A DNA stretch of 64,000 nt. Source: Lophium mytilinum. Lineage: Eukaryota. Below the pieces are notes generated by a model that was not told where the DNA came from, did not search any database, and worked only from the letters and a program-made list of their open reading frames with translations. Positions 11,584 to 22,816 of this stretch are shown in pieces. The stretch lies in the NCBI GenBank assembly GCA_010093605.1, contig MU004181.1:1178001-1242000 (forward strand). Direction: 5' to 3'. Made by a program: the position numbers and the translations under genes. Every line of letters begins with the position of its first letter. The first letter of the stretch is position 1.

Positions 11584-14500
11584 ATGGACTCAAACACTCC
11601 TGACTATGGCCTAGACGACGGCCTCGAGTTGGAGAGGGTGGCCGTACGTGCCCGCATCCAGCATTGCGCCGTGTCTCTAGACGCCTCTTTGTCCTATGGC
11701 TAACACCAATTGCTGTCCAGGTCGGCCCATACTGCGTGTTTGATGACTTCAAGCCCCCTCCACTGAGCCCTCGCAGCCGACCCCAGAATTCGTCGCCTTC
11801 TAACGCCAATAAAGCCAAAATGGACGAGTCGATACTTTCCAATGAATACCCCTTCAACAGTACTTTGCGAGCCCCATGGCTTGTCACTTCGGGCGAAGAC
11901 ATCCCCCTTATTGCTGCTTCTCCCGATGACTTTGCTCGCGGAGACTGGAACGAGTGGATGCAGTGGAACCCCACACAGAACCAGGCTCAGCAAGACGCCA
12001 AGCTGAGTCAAGGGCCCGTTCCATATCCCAAGTCAAGCCAGTCTGCCCAGATGGCCGCTCTGTACAATCGTCGCCAGAACTCTCAACTTCGCAACACTTC
12101 CTTGGAGCTGTCACCGGGAAACACATCTCCCTCGCAGCTCATGCAACCCGACACTCTTCCATACTCTTTCAGTGGCACTACAGACAGCACACCCGCCTTC
12201 CAGTTCCAAGGTGCAATGAGCTCGCCCTCCGACGGAGGCCCGACGCCCAACGGTTTCCTACCCACGCCTCCAATTGGATGGGACCAACAACAGGGCGACA
12301 ATCCCATCTTTTCGCCTATCAACTTTGAACAGCAGTCAGCACTTCGCAATATGGCCATGCCCCCGCGGTCCACTCCGAGCCTGCACCACAGCCCCTCTTC
12401 TGCTGGCAATGTGCATTCCAGCCCGGACTCAATTCACTCGTCGCCAGAACCGGCACAGTCCGGCAGCAGCAAAAAGCGAAAATCGTCCAGTGAAGAAGAG
12501 TCCGAGGAATCCAAACAGGACAGGCAGCCGCCTATTAAGAAAACAGCCCATAACATGATCGAGAAGCGCTATCGGACGAACTTGAATGATAAGATAGCTG
12601 CTTTGCGAGATAGCGTGCCGAGTCTGCGGATCATGTCACGTGGGAACGGCACAGGCGAGGAAGAGGATGATCCAGAGGATCTCGAGGGTCTTACCCCAGC
12701 ACACAAACTCAACAAAGCTACCGTCTTGTCTAAAGCAACCGAGTACATCCGACATCTCGAAAAGCGCAACAAACGCCTCGCTGATGAACTCCAAGCATGC
12801 AAGGCACGCCTCGATAATATGGAGAAGATCGCCATGTCAGGTCCTCCCATGGGCATGAGCAACGTTGCTATTCACACGCCAGATGGGATGCAGTACCATC
12901 ATGATCCGTTTGACCATATGCAGCGGCGAACGCCGGCCTCAGGTCCGCCACAAGGCATGATACCTGTGCCAGAGAGCATAGCAAATCTCCATCGCGGCAT
13001 GGCAAACCAGCCACATTATGCTCCACAGGGTGGGTATCCTACCTACTCCAATGCTCCACAAAGGCCTGGCGTGCCTGGTCAACCGATCGTCAATGGTCGA
13101 CGAGGCAATGGCATGATGGGAAAACTCATGGTCGGGTCGCTCGCTGGTCTCATGATCTTGGAAGGATTCAGCGAGCGAGAACAATCGAGTGAGCAGCCTG
13201 CTGGGCGTGGGTTGTTTGCGATACCACTCGACATCATCAGCTTCTTCTCACCACAAGTCTCTGTTGGTGGTGTTTCGGCGCAGTCCGGCGTTCTACCTAT
13301 GTTCAAGCTATTGCTAGTGCTCGGGGCAGTATTCTACATCATCGCGCCTCTATTCGATTCGAAGCCAAAGTCACACAAGAAGAAGCTTTCGCCGACTATC
13401 ACCCTATCTCCAGCCCCATCACTGGCATCTCCTGTGGAGGTCCGGAGAAGTGCGTGGCTGACTGCAATTCAGACCGTCTGGGTCCCTCGACATAGTTTCC
13501 TGCTAGAACTTGCAGCTCTAGGCCTGAAGACATTAAAGCTCAGCACTCGCAGAGTGATCGGAGAGAAGTGGTATGCCGTTATCACAAAGACGTCGATAGA
13601 AGCGGAGGCGGCAAGAGTCAAGGCGTGGGAGATTGCGCTTGACGCTCAACTCACCGGAGGAGACGCGGAAATCAATCTGAGTCGATTAGTGCTCACACTC
13701 ATCGCCTCTGGAACATTGCCAGACACTCCAGCGCGTCTAATGCTCAAGTCTCTGCATATTCGAGTATTACTCCAAGAGCTCGCAAACATTGGATATGGCC
13801 ATTGGTACAAGTTTCCCGATGTGAGCGCAAAATTAGCTCGCAGATACTGGAATGCTGCTCGAGATGAACACAGGATTGCAAGCTGTACCCCCAAGGATCG
13901 TTGCCAGGTCGAACCTCTTCCTCCTCATCTCGCGGCGCTTATCGAGAGAGAGTGTGACGAAGTCTTCGTGGATAGCATTATCCAACGCGCGTATAATCTA
14001 GCTTGGAACAAGCCAAGCGCCGATAATACGACGGTGGACGAATCGATGGATAGTGTCGTCGAGGATTTTGCAATTTCTTCTCCATTGGACGCCCTTGCCG
14101 CTTGGTGGTCAAGCTTCACCCTCGGGAAAACACTCGCAGATTCCTTGGGATCAGGAGACAGCGTACTGACGGAAAAAGTGGAGAGCGGCTTAGAGTTAGC
14201 CCTTCGTATTGCTCCTCCGACTTCCGCCGCGCAGTTGAGAGCACTCGTTGCAAAAGCCGTACTTTCAGATTCGGATCGTGCAGATCGTGTGGAGGCGGCT
14301 TTCCAAGCATTGCCGCACCCACCTTCGCCAACGACCCTCGATATTGTCACTTCTCCCCGGGCCGTCCTCATGAATCTGGTTGGAAATGCCCCAATAGCCA
14401 CAGACCTCCACAAGGCTCTGACACTTGCGAAATGCCTCACGCTAATCGAATCACCCCACGAAGAGTCTCGGCTCCGGGCAACATTCGTTGTTGACAACAG

Positions 14501-14822
14501 CCACCTACCTGGATCGAAGCTTAGTCTTCTCAGCTTCGTGGCCGCCTACAAGGTTGTTCAGCGCTTCATGCAAGACGAGGATCTACTTTCTGGTGGACGG
14601 CAAGGCCTCGAGCGTATGACCAGTTCCATGCGGGTGTGGATTGGACATGAAGCCGGTCGTGCCCACAAACTCTCAGCTAAAACTAAAGGCAAGATCGTGG
14701 AGCGTTGTCTGGAAGTAAGCAAGAGGCTTGTTGGCATGAGCGGAGCGGCTGATAACATCGATGCTGGCTATGTAAGCCAGAGCGACTCAAGCAATGATGT
14801 TGAGGTTGAAGTCCGGTCTTGA
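11584..14822 (+). CDS. srbA: SREBP-family bHLH transcription factor (SrbA/Sre1-like)
   Basis: bHLH HNMIEKRYRTNLNDKIAALR has the SREBP-diagnostic Tyr. Two hydrophobic segments (LMVGSLAGLMIL; LLLVLGAVFYIIAPLF) precede a C-terminal SPVEVRR..WLTAIQTVWVP region. Exon 1 11584-11643; intron GTACGT..GCTAAC..CAG ends 11720. A second in-frame ATG lies at 11820. Confidence 0.93.
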
Positions 14823-15724
14823 TGTCGAATTGCAGCGTCTCCTTCCGTTCTTCTTTTTCTTATGTATAAATTACTTTCATCGGGGCATTTCAGTAATACC
14901 GAGGATCAGCTTAAAAATCTGCATACGGAAGAGCGGGAGTTCTAATGAGCGGTTACCAAGCTTTGTGTGCATGGAAAGCGGATTGGGCTGGTTGGAATAG
15001 TATCGGATACCCTTTTCTCTCCTTGTCTTGATTTACTTCGATTTGGCGACTTTCAGCTGGTCAAAATTTCTTTCTTCTTCACTTTCTCTTCCCTTTTTCC
15101 TATGCCTCTATAAGGCGCTCTCTAGATCCGGTACATAGTTGGATAGCGCCATGGTCCGTTGTCTCTCCTTGCAGTCATGGAGGTGCAGGATGTCTTGGGA
15201 TTGTATCACGGCCGGATAATGATGTGGGGGAATTGTTCGGCACTCGGATCCTCCTTTAGGGATGTATTGGCCGAGGTAGTCTGCCAGATCATTATGATCT
15301 CTGCTCTCAAAACATAGATATCGCTTCGCTGTAGATGACCAACGCGGTTACATCTGGCAATGCCACCAACACAAATATCATCAGCGGTTGGATGATATCC
15401 ACAACTTCAAGACCTATCTTCTCTACGCAAAACGATTCAGCCTGTCCATCGACTTGATTTTTCAGTCTTTGTGTCAGTGTTGAGTGAACAATTCACAATG
15501 AAAGTAGATGAGCTTGTCTCAAGTGTGCCAGGCGTGCCGAGGTTCACGACGCGGGAATAGTCTTCCCCACAGCGTCGCGCCTCAGAACCCCACACCTTCA
15601 CCATAAAGACGCTGCGCAGGCATGAACACACTCTACCATGCCTGGCCGCGGCTGCTCTTGACCAAAACCTACACGCCTAGACTACCATAATCGCATCGTC
15701 CTTTACCTCTACCACATCGCCAGC

Positions 15725-16644
15725 ATGTCTCTCCCACCTCCAAAAGCCCTGCTCTTCGACATCGGCGGCGTCTGCGTGCGTAAGCCAAGCTGCCTCATTC
15801 CCTACCGCACATCTTTCCATCCCGCGAGACCGCACTAGCTAACCCAGCCCCCAATTTGCGTGGCACACAGGTCGTCTCCCCCTTCCAAGCCATCCTCGAC
15901 TATGAACTCGCCAACAACATCCCCCCGGGCTGGGTCAACTTCAGCATCCAGCGCGCCGCGCCCTCAGGCGCCTGGCAGCGGCTCGAGCGCGGCGAGGCAG
16001 TCCTCGATGCGGCCTTCTTCGCGACCTTCAAAGCCGAGCTCGAGCAGCCAGCGCTGTGGGACGAGTTCTGGGCGCAGCAATCGAAGCTCGGGAAAGTTAG
16101 CGGTGCGAAACCGCCGACTCCGACTGTCGCGGCACACGATATGTTTTGGGAGATGATGCGTGTGTCGCGGCGGCCGGATCCGTGGATGTATCCTGCGCTG
16201 AAGAAGCTGAGCGCGAGTGGGAAGTTTGTGATGGGCGCGTTGAGTAATACGGTGGCGTTTCCCGAGGGGATTGTGGATGATAAGGGGGTGGTGTTTGTGA
16301 ATGAGTTGGTGCATGATGAGGGGGAGTTTGAGGGGGATAGTAGGGCGATTCGGGATCGGTTCGATGTTTTCGTGAGCTCCGCGCATGTGGGGCTGAGGAA
16401 GCCGGATGCGAGAATATATAAGTTGGCAAGGAGGGAGTTGGATGGGGAGAGTAGGCGGAGGGGGTTGGGGCCGGTGGAGATGGGGGACGTGCTGTTTTTG
16501 GATGATATTGGGAGTAATTTGAAGGGGGCGAAGGCGGTGGGGATGAGGACGTTGAGGGTGGTCTTGGGGGAGACGGAGAAGGCGGTTAAGGAGTTAGAGG
16601 GGTTGACGGGGGTGAGGTTGGTGGAGGAGAGGGCGAAGTTGTAG
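15725..16644 (+). CDS. HAD-superfamily hydrolase (epoxide hydrolase N-terminal phosphatase-like)
   Basis: Exon 1 MSLPPPKALLFDIGGVC is spliced (intron ~15776-15870) to VVSPFQAI. Motifs ALSNT, SAHVGLRKPD and LFLDDIGSNL. Confidence 0.9.
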
Positions 16645-17010
16645 ATGGGGTGGTTGCAGATATGGGGGACGCAGTGGGCCTGGATTCAGCGCATGTCTTT
16701 CGCTGGATATGATACTCTGGAATAGAAAGGCGAGATGGACGAATGTTTACCGCATAGTGGTTCAGTGAAGACATCGTTGTCTACGCTCTATTGCTAAAAG
16801 CATCTCTTCTTGAACCTAAACGCCGGAAATGCATCTATCGGTAATGCTGATATGCTCTTCTTGACGCTGTCGCTGAAGTCCAATCAAATCCGGCCGATGC
16901 ATGCAAAAATGCTTTCATCACATACCCAAAGACCTTGCAGAAACCAGTCCAATCCTATTCCATGACCGCAACGCCCCATTACCAAATCTCCCATGCCTCA
17001 AGTCGAAGAA

Positions 17011-17386
17011 TCAAACAATAAGCAACTACAGTGAAGTTAGCCAAGCTCTTCTCCTGTGACTCCTAAAGAACCAGAAAGCCCTACCTTCTCCAGATCCCTC
17101 TGCTGCTCGCTCGTCCCCTCAATGCGCGAAAACGTGTGCACGGCCAACCCTCCGCTGAGCAGCCAGAGGAATGGCACTGCTTGCTCGCGTGCAGCTATAC
17201 TAAAGCGTCAGTAATCCGTCGTCCAGGTGCTCTGAAAGCAAGGCCTTGAGGTCACGTACTCGGCCTGGCAGCGACCATTTCAATCACCCGAGTCGCGCTA
17301 CGCCTACTCGCGATGTTGGAGTTACAGCGTCTAAAGGCAGTACTTGCGGCGCGGATGCTTTGGGGGGTGAGGATGCGTGGCGACAT
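17011..17386 (-). CDS. Small 83-aa single-pass membrane protein with mitochondrial-presequence-like N-terminus (3 exons; not in the ORF track)
   Basis: Exons 17386-17260, 17194-17085 and 17025-17011 total 252 nt in frame. Introns GTACGT..ACTGAC..TAG and GTAGGG..GCTAAC..TAG. Protein: MSPRILTPQSIRAASTAFRRCNSNIASRRSATRVIEMVAARPTAREQAVPFLWLLSGGLAVHTFSRIEGTSEQQRDLEKLLIV. Confidence 0.72.
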
Positions 17387-18762
17387 GGTTGCAGAGTTTG
17401 GGAAGGGTGGCAATTATTGACCTAAAGTCAGGGGGGAGTGGCCGGTGTGTGAAGAAGGTGAATGTAACAGATCTACGCGTCTAGATGGTGGTTGAAGAGA
17501 TATTGAAAGCGAACAGAAAAGCAAGGGCGCAAATGAAGAATGGACGGAAGGACAAGGTAGGTTCAGGGCAGCCTTCGCCTTTACGAATGGCCATGAGATG
17601 CCGGCGTGTGGCGGTAAGACGGACCCGGGATCTTTGATCCGTTTGATGGATTGGATGCAGGGCAACTCGCCCCCTGTCCATCAGTCACCTCACCTGGACA
17701 TGCCGCGCGCCACTCCTCAGTCCACACTACGACTACTTCATCTTTTTGTGCTCCTTGCACAGCACTTCCGTCCCATTATCACCCGACTCTGTTGTCAGTT
17801 TCCACAACGTCATCAATTAAGTGTTTCTTCTTCCACTGCACACCGGCCAGCTGACACATCACGACGAGGCTACGAATTGCACTAGGGTCACAGCAAAATG
17901 TTTGGAGCCTCAAAAAGGCGCTATCTTTATTTGAATCTAGTCACGATTTCCTTATCACTGTGTTTGTTTCCATAGATTCCAAGCTTCCAAGATGGCCGAC
18001 TCCTACTCATACGCTTGGGATCTTCCATCAGTCCGGAGCGGACATTGAAACTACTGCGGGCTCTAGTACAACAACCAATGTAGGCGCGCACTCGAAGCGC
18101 ATAGCGGGACCGGCGCAATGGGTGGCATAATTCGTACTGTGAAGACGATTATGGAGAAGACTGTGACGAAGAGCCTCTTGGTCACGTGCCCTGGCCTTGC
18201 AGGCAGTCTCAAAAGCTGGTTCCGGTTAAGACCGTTGGTTATCGAGCAAAAAGCGACGACAAGACACGTCTGGCTCCACTACGTCATAATTCACAGAAAA
18301 GATTCGATACTGTTGATTCTGTAGAACCATGCAGCAAATCCGACCGATACCTCAGAGGAGGTGCTTCAATATTGCCTTCCGAATCCAGTTGCATACACGT
18401 GAATATAGGTTTATTAATCCGGTAAGGACAAATTCCACGACACCTGCTACACAGCGTCTCATCCAGATGAATCACGCAGTTAGATCTGTGAATGTTTCCA
18501 ACAGAACGTCGCAAAGGGTCACCTGAGGGTTGGAAGGTATGGGCAGCCTCGCTGCCAGGCTCTCTTGAACATAACGTGGTAGTTTCACAATCCATGGCTA
18601 CCTGGTCCGAATAAGTTCTGGTAATCCGGAAAATCCTCTAATACTCTAAGAGAACGAGGCAGGTAGGCCTTTTTCTAGCGAGCAACTCGTTCAATATCTT
18701 CCTGAAATCCCAACGTGACCATTCCCTCTAGTATCCACCCAGCATGTTCTCTTTGTCTCATT

Positions 18763-19269
18763 ATGTCTCCCGCGATGCAACGGCCAAGTATCGCAACCCA
18801 TGCACATGTAAAATCTCACCCTCCCCCTACTCACCTCTCCGTCCTTCAACAACTCCACCACCCAACCACTTTCCTCTTCCTCCCCTTTACCCCTATCCTC
18901 ATAACCTCCACCCTCGCCGCCAACCCCGCCATCCCCCTCTTCGCCATCATACCGAAGCTAGGATACTACCACCCTTACTCCCACAACACCACCCTTTACT
19001 ACGCCTCCATCCTCGCGGCCCTTCCCACGGCAACGACATATATCGTCACCGAAACACATCTTGAGTGAGACGATTGGCTCTACACCACTAACAGCGCAAC
19101 TCCAACACTCTACGAGTCGAGCAGCGTGCTGTCGTCCGCAGCGACCATCAAACAGGGCGGCTTGCTATGGACGCGTACAGAGACCGACGTTGATTCCCAA
19201 AGCCAGATTTCGATTTGCTCGCTGAGCGACACGACTTCTGCAGGATGCAATGTGATGTTGTTTAACTAG
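18763..19269 (+). pseudogene. Probable degraded gene for a secreted Ser/Thr-rich cell-surface protein
   Basis: A hydrophobic signal-like stretch (FLFLPFTPILITSTLAA) is followed by YASILAALPTATTYIV. After an in-frame TGA at 19066-19068 the same frame continues ATIKQGG...ICSLSDTTSAGC to TAG at 19267-19269. Confidence 0.45.
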
Positions 19270-19863
19270 CTGTCGTAACCCACAACGAGTTTCTTTGTGA
19301 CGCGGTGGGAGACAGGCCTGCGTGGGCTGGGTTTCGCGGGTGTGCCGGATACTGGGGGGTTAGAGAGGGTTGGGATGACCGTGATGGCGGCGAGTACCAC
19401 GAGTAGAGCTGTAATGATGAGAGCGTGGTGGTGCAATGTTTAGGGTTGGTTGGGGTCTGGTGCTTTCTGTATCTTGTACGTGTAGTGTGTTCTGGTGAAA
19501 GACGAATGAGAAATGCACTTTGGTAGGTTCTTGCTAGCTCATAAGATATAAGAGGATAAGACATACTTGAAATGGAATACGGGGACGTCATCGCGATGAA
19601 AAGGAAGTGAAGCCATAGATTTACATATCTAACTGCGTGAAGTAGTTTACGAAGTTAGGCGTGGCGTACATTATAGCAAGCACTACAAAGTGCTATGCTT
19701 CAGTGGCTTTTTCCAATATAAGTTAGGATTCTTAAATTACCTCGACAGAAGGAGGTCTGGGGCAACTTATAAGGTTAATAGTGGACAAAATTAAACCAAA
19801 ACTTAGAGGTTAGTACTCTTACCATGCTTAAACCGTGCCATTTTTAATTCCACACGTGACTTT

Positions 19864-19905
19864 GGCTCGGCAGATCGGGCTAAGGGGCTCGGCGGATCGG
19901 GCTAA
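19864..19905. repeat. 20-bp direct repeat GGCTCGGC(A/G)GATCGGGCTAA x2
   Basis: Copies at 19864-19883 and 19886-19905, one mismatch, in otherwise AT-rich DNA. Confidence 0.8.
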
Positions 19906-20268
19906 CATCTATTCCGATATATGTCTATCACGACATTTGTTCTAGGACCTACCTCCTTAATATTTCTATCCATGTTTCGTCAATCTCAATACGGCTCAGC
20001 TAGGTCTTTCTACCCAGTGCTCTAATAGTGTGATTAATTGATGTATAGCTGCGGCGTGTAGACTAGGCCCATTTCGTGCATGCAATTACAAGACACCACA
20101 TATAGTACAAATCTCAATCTTCCTGCGTATCCTATTCTCATAACTCGTTGCAGGACAGGAAGGCATTGTTGACCGGCCTGCACCTCACTGCTCTGTGTAG
20201 GCTAAAATCTTCCTACGCAATCCCTCCACAACTCTCCTTCTCCCATCTCTCTCCCAACATCCTCGAGC

Positions 20269-22422
20269 ATGCTTGCTCGCTGCAGGTCTGCTTTACTTCT
20301 TAGGCCCGCTCCATGCTTAAGACCCGCTACTTTCGTTTGCTCCACCACACTCTTCTTTATTCTCGGCTCATCTTTCAGTCGCCGCACTCGCCATACGAAG
20401 TCGCCCCTGATGCAAGACGCCGATCTATCTCAAACTCCGCTATATCACTCCATGATCAACCACTTCCAGAACCTTCACGGCCCGGGTTTCGGTTACGTCA
20501 GTGACGCCGCTGAGCCCGCAGCTTGCCCTTGCCGCCCATTACTAGCCTTTACCGGTAGCGAGCGTTCATCGCTAGATACAAGCCCCAAACAGCGGGTTTG
20601 CATCGTCGACACTAGCACGGGTACGCTCACTACAGTTCAGCATGGCGCCAACAACGCACGTAGCCCGCAATGGGCCCCTGATGGCCGCCATTTGGCGCTG
20701 CTCAGCGACCGCACTGACGCGGGAGTCTACCAGGTGTACATGAGCGATACCACCGATGCAGCTACACCTAGCAACATACAGCTCGTCTCTTCGCTACCTG
20801 GTACAGCAGAGTCTCTGGCCTGGAGCCCCGATGGCTCGCTCTTGGTGGTGCGAATGGCAGACCTGGATGCTGACCAAGCAGGAGCGCTGGGATCGGACCT
20901 CGCTGGCGGAAAAGCAGGCGCGTCATCGAGCTGGTCACCATCGGTTCTGGCACGCGATGTCGCGCGCGGCAGGCGAAGTGCGTGGGGAGTCGACCCATCA
21001 TCACAGCGAGCGCGACAAATGGGCGAGACAGACACGAATGTGTGGGAGGTAGCGTGGTTGGGCAAAGAGAAGCTACTGGCCGTGGTGTCGTCAACACCGG
21101 ATGAAGACGCCTGGTACGATGCACGCCTTGAAACGCTCGATCTGCGCAGCGGCACGTGGCGTGAACTGTACACTGGGTCGGCGCAGCTGGGACGGCCCGT
21201 TGCGGCGCCCTCTGGGCAAGCCGCTGCCGTGATTGAGGCCGTGGCTAGCGATCGGGGAGGCATTGCTGGGCAGGTGTTGCTGTTCGACCTTGCCAACAGC
21301 ACGGCTGCTATTCCACGTGCGCTCCATCTGAATGGCGTCGACGTCACCGACTTATGCTGGACACAGGAGGCGCGGCTGTCATTCATCGGGCTTCGAGACG
21401 GCCATACTGTCGCGGGGCACTACTACGTCCAATCTGGTACGGTGGAGGAGCACTGGACCAGCACGTTGACATGCGGGCCTCTATTGCCTGAGGCCGCAGT
21501 GACTCCTGACGGGGCGTTCGCTGTGATCGCCGAGGGCTGGGAGCAGCCTCCAACACTGTGTGAGGTCCACCACGGACGCACGCGTTCCATCACGCACTTT
21601 GCTCACAAAGGAACTGACTGGTTACGCACCCGCATTGGAAGCATCGAGCGTACCGAATGGACCGGGGCCGATGGACTTACCATCGACGGCCTGCTCTGCA
21701 AACCTCGAAACCAGCCCGGGCCGCACGCGCTTGTGCTAAACGTCCACGGCGGGCCCGTTTGGGCCTTTCGAAACCTATGGCAAATGCGCTCCCCCATCGT
21801 CGCCCTCCTCGTCGCCCGTGGCTACGCCATCCTCAACGCAAACCCACGCGGCTCCGTTGGCCGCGGCCCCGACTTCGTCAGCCGTGTACTCGGCGACCTG
21901 GGCGGCGCCGATGCACAAGATCTTCTCGAAGGCGTCGACGAGATGATAGCTCGCCATGTCGCCGACTCGACCCGCGTGGGCGTCATGGGCGTTAGCTACG
22001 GAGGCTACATGGCGGCGTGGTTACCAACACTCAGCCGACAATTCGCAGCCGCCGTGCCCATCGCAGCCGTCACGAATTGGACTTCGAACCATGCCACCTC
22101 GAACATCGGCCGCTTCGACGAGCTGTTTTTCCAAGCCTCGCCCTACGATCCCCTGGGGCCGTATGTTGCGCGCAGCCCGGTTATGCATGCCTCCAGCCGG
22201 CATGCGCCGACGCTCCATATCGCCGGCGCGCTGGATAGATGCGTGCACCCGTCGCAGGCTGTCGAGCACCATCGTGCGCTTTTGGATGCTGGGGCGGAGT
22301 CGGTGCTGGTGGTTTACCCTGGAGAGGGCCATGGGGTGCGCCAGTTTCCGGCGTATATAGACTTCTGCTGTCGTATTGTGAATTGGTTTGAGCGGCATAT
22401 GCCTCCCACTGCGCATACTTGA
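20269..22422 (+). CDS. S9 family (prolyl oligopeptidase / acylaminoacyl peptidase-like) serine peptidase, intronless
   Basis: Beta-propeller repeats (PQWAPDG, LAWSPDG), VHGGP, NPRGSVGRG, nucleophile GVSYGG, Asp in GALDRCV and His in EGHG. One uninterrupted 717-codon ORF; alternative start at ATG 20410. Confidence 0.93.
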   Translation: MLARCRSALLLRPAPCLRPATFVCSTTLFFILGSSFSRRTRHTKSPLMQDADLSQTPLYHSMINHFQNLHGPGFGYVSDAAEPAACPCRPLLAFTGSERSSLDTSPKQRVCIVDTSTGTLTTVQHGANNARSPQWAPDGRHLALLSDRTDAGVYQVYMSDTTDAATPSNIQLVSSLPGTAESLAWSPDGSLLVVRMADLDADQAGALGSDLAGGKAGASSSWSPSVLARDVARGRRSAWGVDPSSQRARQMGETDTNVWEVAWLGKEKLLAVVSSTPDEDAWYDARLETLDLRSGTWRELYTGSAQLGRPVAAPSGQAAAVIEAVASDRGGIAGQVLLFDLANSTAAIPRALHLNGVDVTDLCWTQEARLSFIGLRDGHTVAGHYYVQSGTVEEHWTSTLTCGPLLPEAAVTPDGAFAVIAEGWEQPPTLCEVHHGRTRSITHFAHKGTDWLRTRIGSIERTEWTGADGLTIDGLLCKPRNQPGPHALVLNVHGGPVWAFRNLWQMRSPIVALLVARGYAILNANPRGSVGRGPDFVSRVLGDLGGADAQDLLEGVDEMIARHVADSTRVGVMGVSYGGYMAAWLPTLSRQFAAAVPIAAVTNWTSNHATSNIGRFDELFFQASPYDPLGPYVARSPVMHASSRHAPTLHIAGALDRCVHPSQAVEHHRALLDAGAESVLVVYPGEGHGVRQFPAYIDFCCRIVNWFERHMPPTAHT

Positions 22423-22816
22423 AAGAGGGAGACGTAGAGGAAGATGTAGAGACTAGATCATATATATGGTCCACCCTGTCTAAGCCGAGAGGCCAGTACA
22501 TAGGGGTGAGCTATTAGAGATCGCTATAACGATTGTTGGATGCTGCATTCTTCAATGCAACACCTGTGCATCAGGCATGAGAACGAATGTAAACAAGACT
22601 AAACGATAAAATTCGAAGCGAGCAATCACCCAAAGCGCTGGTGAAGTTCCTCTAAAGTCAACTGCGACGCTCTTAGCTTGCAAGAATGAGCCAAGTCCTC
22701 ATCCTTAATTCATTCCACAGTAGATTTTGCTTTACTTCCCAAAGATCTTCAGAGCTAGCCTAGCAGTAAAACAATGGATGACTTAGTGAAGACAAATCAT
22801 TGAAGCCTTTAAGGGG

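Noticed and set aside
15776..15870. Nested donor GTGC-GTAAGC in the HAD intron as a stwintron
   Set aside because: Only one branch point is visible in ~95 nt, and a single intron restores the conserved FDIGGVCVVSP.
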